A stretch of DNA of 64,000 nucleotides from an uncultured Methanosarcinaceae archaeon (GCA_963721455.1 CAVRJG010000052.1:1-64000); one strand, 5' to 3'; numbered from the stretch's first letter, positions 43,115-53,388 are shown. Program-made: numbers and translations. Notes: generated by a model from the letters alone, not told the origin.

Positions 43115-44322
43115 TGATTGACCCGGCTTACAAGGGGAAAATGGTGGTAGTGGAAGGTTCGTATGCTGTAGCCCATTCAGCAAAAGTCTGCCGTCCAAAT
43201 GTTATTTCCGCCTACCCTATCACTCCTCAGACCCATATTGTTGAAGACCTGTCCCAGTTCATAGCAGACGGGGAAATTCCCGACTGTGAGTATATTAATG
43301 TGGAATCAGAGTTCTCAGCAATCTCTGCACTCATTGGAGCTGCAGCAGTGGGTGCAAGAACCTATTCAGCCACCACTTCCCAGGGACTCCTGCTCATGCA
43401 TGAGGCGCTTTTTAACGCTGCAGGAATGAGGTTCCCTATTGCAATGACAGTGGCAAACAGGGCAGTCGGCGCTCCAATCAATATTTGGAATGACCATCAG
43501 GACGCAATTTCCCAGAGAGATACTGGCTGGATTCAGCTCTATGCAGAAGATGTCCAGGAAGCATCTGATACCCTGCCTCAGCTCTACAAGATCTTAGAAG
43601 ACCATGATATTATGCTGCCGGGTATGGTCTGCATGGACGGTTTTATCCTGTCTCACGTTTACGAGCCTGTTATTCTGCTTGAACAGGAACTGACAGACAA
43701 TTATCTCCCTGCGTTCCAGCCCGAAAATGTGCTTGACCCGGAAAATCCCAAGACCTTCGGAGCCTTTGCAGCCCCTGACACCTACGAAGAGTTCAGGTAT
43801 CTCCAGGAACAGGCAATGCAGAAAGCTCTTCCGAAGATCGAAGCCGCAGCAAAGGAGTTCGAGGAAGTCTTCGGCAGGTTCCACGGCGGGCTTGTTGACG
43901 GGTACCTGCTTGATGATGCAGAAATTATCGTCATGTCTATGGGATCTATTCTCGGGACTGTTAAAGATGTTGTTGATGAGTACAGGGCAAGAGGAGAAAA
44001 GATCGGCGTCCTGAAAGTCAGGTCCTTCAGGCCTTTCCCGAAGGAACAGGTTAGAGAGGCTATTAAGAACGCTCACGCAGTTGTCGTACTTGATAAGAAC
44101 ATCTCTATAGGGACAAACGAAGGAGCTCTCTTTACCGAAACCAAGTCGTGCCTTTACAACAGTAAGATCCGCGTACCAGTTATGGGCTATACCGTGGGAC
44201 ACGGAGGCCGTGACATCCGCGCGGAAAGCATTGCAAAGGTTATTGAAGAAACCAAGAAAGCTGCAAAGTCCGGAATCGCGGTTGAAAGCCAGTTTCTGGA
44301 TCTCAGGGAGGAGTTGCTATGA
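43114..44322 (+). CDS. porA: POR alpha subunit
   Basis: AYPITPQT, VESEFSA, TTSQGL, RSFRPFP. Confidence 0.93.
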   Translation: MIDPAYKGKMVVVEGSYAVAHSAKVCRPNVISAYPITPQTHIVEDLSQFIADGEIPDCEYINVESEFSAISALIGAAAVGARTYSATTSQGLLLMHEALFNAAGMRFPIAMTVANRAVGAPINIWNDHQDAISQRDTGWIQLYAEDVQEASDTLPQLYKILEDHDIMLPGMVCMDGFILSHVYEPVILLEQELTDNYLPAFQPENVLDPENPKTFGAFAAPDTYEEFRYLQEQAMQKALPKIEAAAKEFEEVFGRFHGGLVDGYLLDDAEIIVMSMGSILGTVKDVVDEYRARGEKIGVLKVRSFRPFPKEQVREAIKNAHAVVVLDKNISIGTNEGALFTETKSCLYNSKIRVPVMGYTVGHGGRDIRAESIAKVIEETKKAAKSGIAVESQFLDLREELL

Positions 44323-45209
44323 GTAAAACTGCACCTAAAACATATATTACATCCGGGCACAGCGGCTGTGCAGGCTGCTGTGATGCCTTTGCTGCAAAAT
44401 TCACACTCATGGGCGCAGGCCCCAACTGTATTGTAGTTAACCCTACAGGCTGCCTTGAAGTGATGTCCACGCCTTTCCCGAATTCCTCCTGGCAGGTCCC
44501 CTGGATCCACTCCCTCTTTGAAAACGCAGGTGCAGTGGCTTCAGGTGTGGAAGCTGCCTTAAAAGCCCTTGGAAAAAAGAATGACACCAAGGTCATATCA
44601 ATCGGAGGCGATGGCTCTACCATGGACATAGGACTCGGTGCCCTTTCAGGCGCCTTTGAGCGCGGCCACGACTTCACCTATGTCTGTATGGACAACGAAG
44701 CCTACATGAACACGGGAATCCAGCGCAGCAGTGGAACTCCTTTCGATGCCAGCACCACGACAACCCCACCTGGAAAAGTCTCCTTTGGAAACCAGCGCCC
44801 CAAGAAGAACATGCCTGCTATTATGGTAGCCCATGGCTCTCCTTATGTGGCAACAACCTCAATAGGTTTTCCAAAAGACATGATCCGTAAAGTCAAGAAA
44901 GCCACTGAAATCGTGGGTCCAACTTACATCCATGCCCACTGCCCCTGTACAACAGGCTGGGGCTTTGATACCTCAAAGACTCTTGAGATTGCCAAGCTCG
45001 CAGTCGAAACCTGTCTCTGGCCCATGTACGAGATTGAAAACGGGGAACTCACCCAGGTCAGAAAGGTCAAGGACCCCAGGCCAGTTGAGGAGTACCTTAG
45101 AGCTCAAAAACGGTTCAAGCACCTCTTCACCATGGAAGGCGGCGAGGAAGAAATTAAGAAAATCCAGGCTACTGCAGACTGGAACATAAAACACTACGGA
45201 CTTCAGTAA
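44319..45209 (+). CDS. porB: POR beta subunit
   Basis: GHSGCAGC, TGCLEV, GGDG (TPP motif), DNEAYMNTGIQRS, CPCTTGW. Confidence 0.93.
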   Translation: MSKTAPKTYITSGHSGCAGCCDAFAAKFTLMGAGPNCIVVNPTGCLEVMSTPFPNSSWQVPWIHSLFENAGAVASGVEAALKALGKKNDTKVISIGGDGSTMDIGLGALSGAFERGHDFTYVCMDNEAYMNTGIQRSSGTPFDASTTTTPPGKVSFGNQRPKKNMPAIMVAHGSPYVATTSIGFPKDMIRKVKKATEIVGPTYIHAHCPCTTGWGFDTSKTLEIAKLAVETCLWPMYEIENGELTQVRKVKDPRPVEEYLRAQKRFKHLFTMEGGEEEIKKIQATADWNIKHYGLQ

Positions 45210-45553
45210 AAACTGGAGTTCTAATTTTCTTATTTTTATTTTTGACTTTACCTTTTGATCTGAATTCTTTTGCTTGATTTTTGATGTTAAAGTCGGGTTG
45301 TAGAGCTGATGCTACTTTTTAGCCGCGGTCTTGTGTGAACTTTAGATTTTCTGATAATCGGGGGTGCGTGAGTTACGTGCTTCGACCTGTCTTGTTCCCG
45401 CGCCTGCGGCGCGGCTGGAGCGTGCAACACAGTACATATTACTTAATTTTACTCGCTTTTGCCAAGAGACAGGAACATATCGGTATATTTAACATTTTTA
45501 GATTCTGAATGTCAGACAGAAATTACATTTGGAATTTCACAGTTAATATTTAA

Positions 45554-45731
45554 GGCTCTTCGCTATTTTGTATGGGTTGAAAATAATTGCTTAGTTGGAC
45601 AGTTGTCCGGCCAAAATGAAAAACCTCGAGCCTGACTGTGATTTTCAACAACAAACGTTTCTAAATTTTATGCATGCTACTTCCATAGTTAGAAATGGAT
45701 GTAAATTACCCACTCGAAACAGCGAAGAGCC
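45554..45731. mobile_element. 178-bp MITE-like element with ISL3-type ends
   Basis: TIRs GGCTCTTCGCTATTTTGTATGGGT and (reverse complement) GGCTCTTCGCTGTTTCGAGTGGGT, 20/24 identical; no ORF; no TSD. Confidence 0.75.
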
Positions 45732-45929
45732 CAGAACAATATAGGAAATGCATACAGCACACTGGCAGAAGTCGAAGATAAGGCGAAAAACTGCAAAAAA
45801 GCAATAGAAGCATATCAAAATGCTCTGAAAATATTCACAGAAGAATCATATCCAATGTATAACAAGGGAATAGCAGATAACCTTGGGAATCTTATTAATT
45901 TCTGCAAAATCAATGACGTCAAACTGTAA
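45732..45929 (+). pseudogene. 3' remnant of a TPR-repeat protein
   Basis: QNNIGNAYSTLAEVEDKAKNCKKAIEAYQNALKIFTEESYP...KL* begins exactly at the MITE end with no start codon. Confidence 0.7.
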
Positions 45930-46087
45930 AATTAGAAGGAATTAACTTTGTGATCTCGAAAATAAGGTACTTTTTTCCAAAACTTATAGTTCAATCCTAA
46001 TCCGACAAAAACTGAGAAAATAGAGTCTAAATTTAGTTGAAACAAACAATATTAAGAAAAGTTTCCGGTATTAAACATGGATAGGCA

Positions 46088-46302
46088 TCTGTTTTTTAAA
46101 TGCCGTTTTTTAGTAACGTTTTTCAAGAATTCTGTTTTTAAAATATCGTTTTTCATGTACCGTTTTTTAGAATTCCGTTTTTAAAATATCGTTTTTCAAT
46201 GCACCGTTTTTTAAGAATTCCGTTTTTAAAATATCGTTTTTTAAGAATTCCGTTTTTTAAGACACCGTTTTTTAAGACACCGTTTTTCATGTACCGTTTT
46301 TC
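46088..46302. repeat. Degenerate 14-16-bp tandem repeats with (C/T)CGTTTTT core
   Basis: About 14 units; source of the spurious 46153-46365 ORF. Confidence 0.75.
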
Positions 46303-46561
46303 ACAGATGCCTTGCACCTCAGATATCTTTCCATAATATAAAACTACGGATGTACTGAAAATCAAATATAAGATTCCAGAAGTACTGTAAAATATATAAA
46401 GAGTGGACGCATGAACAGGAAAGAAATCTTTTTTGCATTCGGTTAGAGATGGAGCCTGAGAATCTATTAAATTCTCAGGATCTATTAAATTCGAGAATTG
46501 AAGTCGGACTCTACTTTTAAAAAAAGAGAAAATTTAGAGAAAAAAGTAAGTTACCGGATGA

Positions 46562-47017
46562 TTACATATCAACTAACGGTAACTGTCTTCTCAGGTCAGG
46601 CAAATACCCTTCTCTATGCAGGGCTATTTTGTAGTCACTTATTGTCCGGCATAATTTATGGGTGTATTTTATGCAGTTGTCACCAACGTCCCCTTTGAAC
46701 AGGATCTTTTCTGTTTTTTCTACAAATTCGGGGTAGGTAAATACAAGTTCTTCTTTGGTGTGCAGGAACAGAGCTGTAAAGTCCCTGTGAATGCCCATGC
46801 TTCTTTTAAGCAGTTCAACATTCAGGTGGTCCTCAGACAGATATGGGTTGAACTTTACAAATGTATGAAAATCTGCGATATTCTGGTTTAAGGAATTCAG
46901 GATTGAATATAGCACGTTATCTGTTTCCGGAAGGGGGATATCCGGAAGGTCGAGGTGCTCGCCTTCGAAGGTTTTGTTTTCGTTTATATTTTGATCCCGG
47001 GTTGTATCACGGTCCAT
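46562..47017 (-). CDS. Hypothetical protein, 151 aa
   Basis: GGGTGA RBS 5 nt before ATG; plausible helical composition; no recognised family. Confidence 0.6.
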   Translation of the reverse strand: MDRDTTRDQNINENKTFEGEHLDLPDIPLPETDNVLYSILNSLNQNIADFHTFVKFNPYLSEDHLNVELLKRSMGIHRDFTALFLHTKEELVFTYPEFVEKTEKILFKGDVGDNCIKYTHKLCRTISDYKIALHREGYLPDLRRQLPLVDM

Positions 47018-47455
47018 TTTATCACCCTGGTATAGTATTTTATTTTAGTCGATAGTATGGTGGTTTCCGTTTTATATAACGGATTCAATCACTTGCTTTG
47101 AGATGGCTTGTAGATATACTTACTGGATTTGGCTTGGGGTGGCTCCAAGTATATCCATTGTGTTTATCTTGCCGGCATGTCCATCGCTTCCCCACTCGAA
47201 GCGGTATTACGCACAAGTTTAGATGCTTTAGGTTCCGTTTTTATTTACGAATCCAGCCTGAGAGGTTTAATCATGGAGTTCTATAAAATAAAATCAATTA
47301 AACTCTTAGGCTCTTGCATCTCACCATATATAAGATTTTGTCTTAATAAAACTGCATAAATATATTTATGTAGGAATCCTTACCCGGCCCCGTAAAAATC
47401 TTCACTATATAATATACTAGGAATGATAGAATATATACCTGTGCCTAGTATACTA

Positions 47456-47636
47456 GTGCATCGATTCCGTATATCCTCAATAAATCACGGATAAACACAG
47501 ATGAACACAGATGGTTTCAATTCGTGTTTATCCGTGTCAATCTGTAGTTTTTTATGGGAAACTCATTGGAAACTCATTGATTAATGTTGATTTTTTCAAA
47601 GTCCAGTTTTATTTCCATAGTTTGGAATCGATGCAC
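47456..47636. mobile_element. 181-bp MITE-like element inserted at TA (IS630/Tc1-type signature)
   Basis: 13-bp perfect TIRs GTGCATCGATTCC / GGAATCGATGCAC, with TA on both flanks; interrupts copy 2 of a tandem duplication. Confidence 0.7.
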
Positions 47637-47669
47637 TAGAATGATAGAATATATACCTGTAAATCAAGT

Positions 47670-48506
47670 TCAGGGTTCTCTTAAGTCTCCTGAAACCCTC
47701 CTGTTCTCAAGTATTTCCATCCCGAAGGCAACAAGTCCATATACAAGGCTCAATACGAGAATGATCGTTGCTCCAGAAGGGACGTCCAGAGCATATGAAA
47801 GACCTATTCCGGTTACGCTGATCACAGTCCCGAAGACGATGGAAATTAGCATCATTTGCTTCAGGTTATGAGTGAATTTACGGCTCAGCGTAGCAGGAAT
47901 GGTAAGAAGGGCAATCACAAGGATAATACCCACGACTTTGATAAGAACTACGATTGTCAGGGCAATAATGCACAGCAGGAAAAGGTAAAGTTTCTCTGTA
48001 GGGAGGCCCTGAACAGTTGTGAATTCTTCATCAAAACAGAGGGCAAGGAACTCCTTATAGAATAAGTAAACTGCACCTACTATGACTATATCAAGACCCA
48101 GCATCAGGTAAAGGTCGAAGCGGGGTACTGTCAGAATGTTTCCGAAGAGGTAAGTCATAAGGTCAGGGGCATAGCCAGGAGTCAGGTAGACAAAAATGAT
48201 CCCAAGAGCCATTCCAAGAGACCAGAGTATACCTATTGCACTGTCTTCCGGGATTTTAGATTTCTTGCTCACGGTCCCCATGACCAGAGCCGAAACCAGG
48301 CTGAAGGGGAGAACGCCGAACATCGGGTTGATTCCGAGGTAATAGCCCAGGCCAATACCCCCAAAGGAAGCATGAGCGATTCCACCGCTGATAAAGACAA
48401 TTTTTTTAACGACAACATAGACACCTATAATCCCGCAGGCTATGCTTGCAAGGATTGCGGCTGCAAGGGCGTTCTGGATAAAGTTGTATTGCAGAAGATC
48501 AAACAT
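47670..48506 (-). CDS. znuB: Zn/Mn ABC transporter permease
   Basis: [21 protein letters not shown]...[15 protein letters not shown]. Confidence 0.88.
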   Translation of the reverse strand: MFDLLQYNFIQNALAAAILASIACGIIGVYVVVKKIVFISGGIAHASFGGIGLGYYLGINPMFGVLPFSLVSALVMGTVSKKSKIPEDSAIGILWSLGMALGIIFVYLTPGYAPDLMTYLFGNILTVPRFDLYLMLGLDIVIVGAVYLFYKEFLALCFDEEFTTVQGLPTEKLYLFLLCIIALTIVVLIKVVGIILVIALLTIPATLSRKFTHNLKQMMLISIVFGTVISVTGIGLSYALDVPSGATIILVLSLVYGLVAFGMEILENRRVSGDLREP

Positions 48507-48552
48507 TTTTATTTCTCCGTCTTAATCTGTTTTTCGAACCAAGCCTTGATCT

Positions 48553-49317
48553 TCAGGTACTCCCTTTATGCCTTTCCAGTACCCTGTGAGGCACTCCGTG
48601 GGCAATCAGTTCGACAGGACACTGATAAGTAGCTTCCAGGTCCTCAACAGGAATTTCCCTGGAATCGTGATAATGGAGTGTGCGGTTCAGGCAGGCTATC
48701 CTGTCAACATAAACAGAAACTGCGCTAAGGTCGTGAGTAACCATGATAACTGCCATTTCCTGCTTGAGCCTGTCCAGGAGGCGGTAGAGTTCATCCTGCA
48801 TATGTGGATCAAGTCCGGAATTGGGCTCGTCCAGAAGCAGGAGTTTGGGATTTGTAGCAAGAGCCCGCGCAATAAAAACTCTCTGCCTCTGCCCGCCAGA
48901 GAGCTGCCCGATCTGCCGATCCTTATACTGGAACATCTCTACTGTCTTCAGGGCTTCTTCGGCTGCCTTTTTATCTTCTTCCCCATATTTTCTCAGAAAA
49001 CCCGTATGGCTCATCCTGCCTGTGAGAACCACTTCCCAGACACTGATAGGGAAGTCAAAATCAAAACCTTTGTATTGGGGAACATAGCCTACAAGGTCTC
49101 TACTCTTTTCCGGAGATTTCCCAAAGAGTTTCACACTGCCCCTGTAAGGCTTCAAAAGTCCAAGGAGCACTTTGAGAAATGTGGTTTTTCCTCCGCCATT
49201 GGGCCCAATAATCCCGAGAAGCCCATTGGACTCTTTCAGTTCAAGATTTACTGCCTCAAGAATTGTCTGATTTCCATAACGGACCCAGACGTCCTTCAGT
49301 TCTATAACCTTCTCCAT
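48553..49317 (-). CDS. znuC: Zn/Mn ABC transporter ATPase
   Basis: GPNGGGKTT, GYVPQ, LSGGQRQR, LLDEP, VTHD. Confidence 0.9.
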   Translation of the reverse strand: MEKVIELKDVWVRYGNQTILEAVNLELKESNGLLGIIGPNGGGKTTFLKVLLGLLKPYRGSVKLFGKSPEKSRDLVGYVPQYKGFDFDFPISVWEVVLTGRMSHTGFLRKYGEEDKKAAEEALKTVEMFQYKDRQIGQLSGGQRQRVFIARALATNPKLLLLDEPNSGLDPHMQDELYRLLDRLKQEMAVIMVTHDLSAVSVYVDRIACLNRTLHYHDSREIPVEDLEATYQCPVELIAHGVPHRVLERHKGST

Positions 49318-49404
49318 CGCCTTCCCTTCAGAACATCGTTTTTATTTTATCGGATTATCCTTTTGATATTTAGATATCGAACTCAAATGCTGACTTTGCT
49401 GACT

Positions 49405-50403
49405 TCATACAAGGTTTCTGGCAAAAATATCGGATACCTTATCCATGTTTGCAATATAATCCTTCGCAAGCGGGTCTACGGCTACAACCTCACCGCCTAT
49501 CTCTTCGGCTATAGCTTGCGCACTCCGTGTGTTGAACTGGGACTGGACAAAGATTACTTTAACCTGCTTTTCCTTTGCAAGATCCACAAGCTTCGCCAGG
49601 TCTTGAGCGCTCGGTTCCTTTCCTTCAATCTCAACTGGAATCATGGTAAGGTTGTAATCCGCTGCAAAATAGCCCCATGAAGGGTGATAAACCATGAAGT
49701 TTCTTTCCTCTCGCCCCTCGAGCTTTTCCCGGATCCTCGCATCCAGGGCATCCACTTCTTTCAGGTAAGCATCCTTGTTCTCGGAATAGTAAGTTTCATT
49801 TCCGGGATCTATTTCCACAAGCCCCTCATAAATATTTTCGACCATTATTTTTGCATTTGAAGGAGACGTCCAGATGTGCGGGTCCAGTTCCATTTCTTCA
49901 TGACCTTCTTCACTTTCATTTGCATGATCGGCTTCAAGCTCTCCTGCGTATTCCTCTTCTCCCTCTCCTTCATGGTGATCGCGGGCAGCAAGTTTCTTAA
50001 GTTCGATTCCATTAGAAGAGTTTACGATGAGAGTCCCACTGTTGATGGTTTCGAACCTGTCAATCCAGACCTTCTCAAAAGGCATATCGACCCCGAGTGT
50101 AACATACATAAGGGCTTTGCTCACTTCTCCCAGTTCTCTTGGAGAAGGTTCATAAGTGTGAGGGTCAGCCCCAGGGGGAATTATGACAACGGTTTTTACT
50201 TTATTTCCTCCGACTTTCTCTACAAACTCGGCCTGCGGAAGGACGCTCACAGCTACGGTTATAGGTACATCCGTTTCTGCTATTTCAACTTCCTGTCCTG
50301 TACTTTCATTTACCTGGGAGTTGCCCGGACCTGTACAGCCGCTGGCAAAAAGGCTTAGACCAACAACCAAAAGAACTAATAAAGATACAATTTTCAGCTT
50401 CAT
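49405..50403 (-). CDS. znuA: Zn ABC substrate-binding lipoprotein
   Basis: Lipobox ASGC, DPHTYEP, His/Glu-rich loop, DPHIWTSP, HPSWGYF. Confidence 0.9.
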   Translation of the reverse strand: MKLKIVSLLVLLVVGLSLFASGCTGPGNSQVNESTGQEVEIAETDVPITVAVSVLPQAEFVEKVGGNKVKTVVIIPPGADPHTYEPSPRELGEVSKALMYVTLGVDMPFEKVWIDRFETINSGTLIVNSSNGIELKKLAARDHHEGEGEEEYAGELEADHANESEEGHEEMELDPHIWTSPSNAKIMVENIYEGLVEIDPGNETYYSENKDAYLKEVDALDARIREKLEGREERNFMVYHPSWGYFAADYNLTMIPVEIEGKEPSAQDLAKLVDLAKEKQVKVIFVQSQFNTRSAQAIAEEIGGEVVAVDPLAKDYIANMDKVSDIFARNLV

Positions 50404-50682
50404 ACTTGAGATCCCGTTCTCTTCACTTTCATTTTTTACTTCACTCATCAATTTTATTTCTGGGATGAAATAAGACAAATATTAAGCAGAATAAATTTGG
50501 CTTATACCCAAAAATTTGGATTATTCAGAAAATTTTTTGGTGTCAGCCCAAGTTTATCTCGAAGTTATATCCAGGGCTTTATTCAGGATTAAATTTATTT
50601 TACGCTTTATTCAATGCTTTATTCAATGCTTTATTCAATGCTTTATTTCACGCTTTATTCAATGCTTCATTTATTCCGGGAC

Positions 50683-51132
50683 TCAGTGATGATGTTCCTC
50701 ATGCAAGCATTTCTCATGACTTATTTCTCCGCATACACCGAACATCGGGTGGCCCATTGAGCTGCAGATTTTGTCCACAGCATCCCTGGAAACAAAAGCT
50801 TCAAAACGTGAAACTTCGTCACATGCTTCTTCCGACGAAAGGCCGTAATGGGTTAAGAGAAGGCTAAGAATCCTGTGCCTCCTGACAAGAAATTCCGTAT
50901 ATGCCTCACCCCGTTCCGTCAAATCCACACCCCTGTAGGGAACATGGTTCAGGTAGCCTGCACTTGTAAGTTCGTTTAAGGTCTTACTTGTAGTGGAAGG
51001 GTCAACCTGCAGGCCGGAGGAGATTTCTGTGGTTTTTACAGTGCCTCCTTTTTCAAGAATGAACTTAAGATAATCTATCTTTCTCGGAGAGATTTCAAGG
51101 CCCGTAAACTCAGGACAGCTCTGCTCATTCAT
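50683..51132 (-). CDS. DtxR/MntR-family metal-dependent repressor
   Basis: DYLKFI, wHTH, PYRGVDLT..G, RRHRILSL, EA..FE, HP..G. Confidence 0.85.
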   Translation of the reverse strand: MNEQSCPEFTGLEISPRKIDYLKFILEKGGTVKTTEISSGLQVDPSTTSKTLNELTSAGYLNHVPYRGVDLTERGEAYTEFLVRRHRILSLLLTHYGLSSEEACDEVSRFEAFVSRDAVDKICSSMGHPMFGVCGEISHEKCLHEEHHH

Positions 51133-51311
51133 AGAGAGAAATATGGAAAACCCGTATTTATTGTTTGCCATACACCAAATTATGAAGATATAGTTGTACT
51201 ATAGCAAAAACATGGGAGATGGAAAAATCTCGGACGAAAATAGAGATTGAAAAGCCTTAGAAAAAATAAGGATTGAAAAGTCTCAGAAAAAAAATTTTCG
51301 GGATAAAAAGT

Positions 51312-52850
51312 TCAGTAGAAGAAAATATACACACCGGAGACCAGCAAAAAGCTCACCACGCCCATCAAAGCACCTCCAAGGGTATTTGACCTGAAAACCT
51401 CAGATGGTTCCAGTTCTGCCAATTCTCCGAAAATCCAGAAGAAAGGGTCATTGACATGGGAAATCACAAAAGTGCCTGAAGCCATTGAAAGGATCAGGAT
51501 TTCAGGAGGAAGCCCGAGTTCAGGAACCAGAGGCAGTAAAAGTGAAGGTGCTATAAGCATGGTCACAACCCTTGACCCCTGTACAGTTTGAAGGGCTGCA
51601 GCAACAAGAAAAGGCACAAGGATATGAGGAAAGCTCAACTGCAAGAAAAACCTGCCCAGAGCTTCTCCTGCTCCTGTAATGGCAAAAGTTGCACCAAGGG
51701 CTCCTCCTCCGCAGAGATCAAGCAGGACAACTCCACTTCTCCTTACGGCTTTTTCGACCAGGTCCCTTACCACGACTGCCCCAAGCTTTCTGCCGGAAAA
51801 GAGGGAGAGAATGACTCCTATAAGGAGCGCAATATTCGGGTTTCCCAGAAACGCAAGCACAGGATGCGGATGTTCAAAGCCCACCTGAAGGAGAATAAGG
51901 AGTAAAGGGAAAAAGATCGGAGAATAGGCTTCAAGCCTTCCGGGTTTTCCGGCATCATTTTGATACATTTCTATATTTTTTTCCGGAATTTCGGATTCTT
52001 TTTCCCTTAATCTGGTTACTTCGGCTTCTTTTTCCCTTACTTTGATTACTTCGGCTTCTTTTTCCTTCGTTCTGGTTGTCTTCTGCCGCACACCTGTTAC
52101 TTCTTCTGATACGGTTGTTTGCTCCTGCAGGCCGGTTACTTTTTCTTCTGTTGCGGTTATCTGCTCCTGTACCCCTGATTTTTTACTTTGTGCAGTTTTT
52201 GTCTTCTCTGAGCCAGAATACCCCCGGTTATCGGTTTTAGAAGTGCTTGCAATTTCAGTCTTTCCCAGCCTTATGGCATAAAGGTAGCCTGCAATGGAAG
52301 TGGGAACCGCGATAAGAAATCCCAGAATAAAAAGCTTGTCCGTGTTAGCCGTTAGTTCTTCTGCTGCCGAGATTATCACAGGCGAAGGATAGACAAGATT
52401 AAATGAGGCAACAGCTCCAAGTGCAAGGGCAGTTGCAGTGGAAATAGAGGGGTTGTCGACTCTGGCAGCCAACTCTTTAGCTATTGGAACAAAGATTACA
52501 TAAGCCAGGATATAACACATCAAGGGCACAGCAAAAAGGAAACCGAGGAGATTCAGGGCAAGCAAAGGATTCCTGGAAAAGCGTATAATATCAGAGGCTA
52601 TAAGGGACATCCCTCCGGTCCTCTGGAGTAGAAGTCCGATAACACTTCCACACGTAATGATAATAGCAAAACGGGAAAAAACGCTGCCCAGCCCCTCAGT
52701 TATTGCTCCGACTGTAGCCAGAGGTTCTCCTGCAAGGACTCCTGTGAGAACAGATACAAGGACAAGGCTAAGAAAAGGGTGCAACCTGAACCTGGCTGTA
52801 AAAATGAGGATGCAGAGAAGGGCGAAAAGGAAGATGAGCACAGGATGCAT
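51312..52850 (-). CDS. GntP-family permease with low-complexity central loop
   Basis: LHPFLSL, GGGALG, QGS..V.M, SHVNDPFFW. Confidence 0.88.
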   Translation of the reverse strand: MHPVLIFLFALLCILIFTARFRLHPFLSLVLVSVLTGVLAGEPLATVGAITEGLGSVFSRFAIIITCGSVIGLLLQRTGGMSLIASDIIRFSRNPLLALNLLGFLFAVPLMCYILAYVIFVPIAKELAARVDNPSISTATALALGAVASFNLVYPSPVIISAAEELTANTDKLFILGFLIAVPTSIAGYLYAIRLGKTEIASTSKTDNRGYSGSEKTKTAQSKKSGVQEQITATEEKVTGLQEQTTVSEEVTGVRQKTTRTKEKEAEVIKVREKEAEVTRLREKESEIPEKNIEMYQNDAGKPGRLEAYSPIFFPLLLILLQVGFEHPHPVLAFLGNPNIALLIGVILSLFSGRKLGAVVVRDLVEKAVRRSGVVLLDLCGGGALGATFAITGAGEALGRFFLQLSFPHILVPFLVAAALQTVQGSRVVTMLIAPSLLLPLVPELGLPPEILILSMASGTFVISHVNDPFFWIFGELAELEPSEVFRSNTLGGALMGVVSFLLVSGVYIFFY

Positions 52851-52875
52851 ATTTTATAAATTTGCTCATAAGTTT

Positions 52876-53388
52876 TTAAATATTCTCTTCACGAGAAGAC
52901 AGTTTATTAAGTTCTTCAATTTCTTCTTCTCCAAGTACCCTGGCAAGGTTCAGGAGAATAAGAAGCCTGTTCCCTGCTTTTCCGACCCCGGTTAAATACT
53001 CTGCATTAATTTTCGATTTAATCATTTCAGGGGTCGGTTCAATGGAAGAAAAAGGCAATCTCATGACCTCTTTTACGGAGTTTACAAGCATTCCGATGAC
53101 TGTGTCTCTGATCTCTACTATAATGATTCTGGATAGGCTGTCGGTTTCTTTCGAACTGAAACCGAGACGCTTGTTGAGGTCTATCACTACAAGAATTTTT
53201 CCTCGCAGGTTAATGAGTCCTTTTATGCATTCTGGAGCCTGAGGAATGCGCGTGATTCTCGGAACCGGAATAACTTCGGAGACCTGCATGATATCGACTC
53301 CGAACTCTTCGCCTGAAAGTTCAAAGGTTACTAAATGGAGATTTTCTTCCGAGAATCTTGAATTCTCTTTTAATGTTTCTTCAAACAT
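52876..53388 (-). CDS. cheW: Chemotaxis adaptor CheW
   Basis: FGVDIMQVSEVI, GLINLRG, GMLVNSV. Confidence 0.93.
   Translation of the reverse strand: MFEETLKENSRFSEENLHLVTFELSGEEFGVDIMQVSEVIPVPRITRIPQAPECIKGLINLRGKILVVIDLNKRLGFSSKETDSLSRIIIVEIRDTVIGMLVNSVKEVMRLPFSSIEPTPEMIKSKINAEYLTGVGKAGNRLLILLNLARVLGEEEIEELNKLSSREENI

Noticed and set aside
46153-46365. 70-aa ORF with KNGILK repeats
   Set aside because: It is a translation of the degenerate T-rich repeat, whose units are not a constant multiple of 3.
48568-49680. 370-aa plus-strand ORF and similar long antisense ORFs elsewhere
   Set aside because: Shadow frames opposite well-supported genes (znuC/znuA and others), with no motifs.
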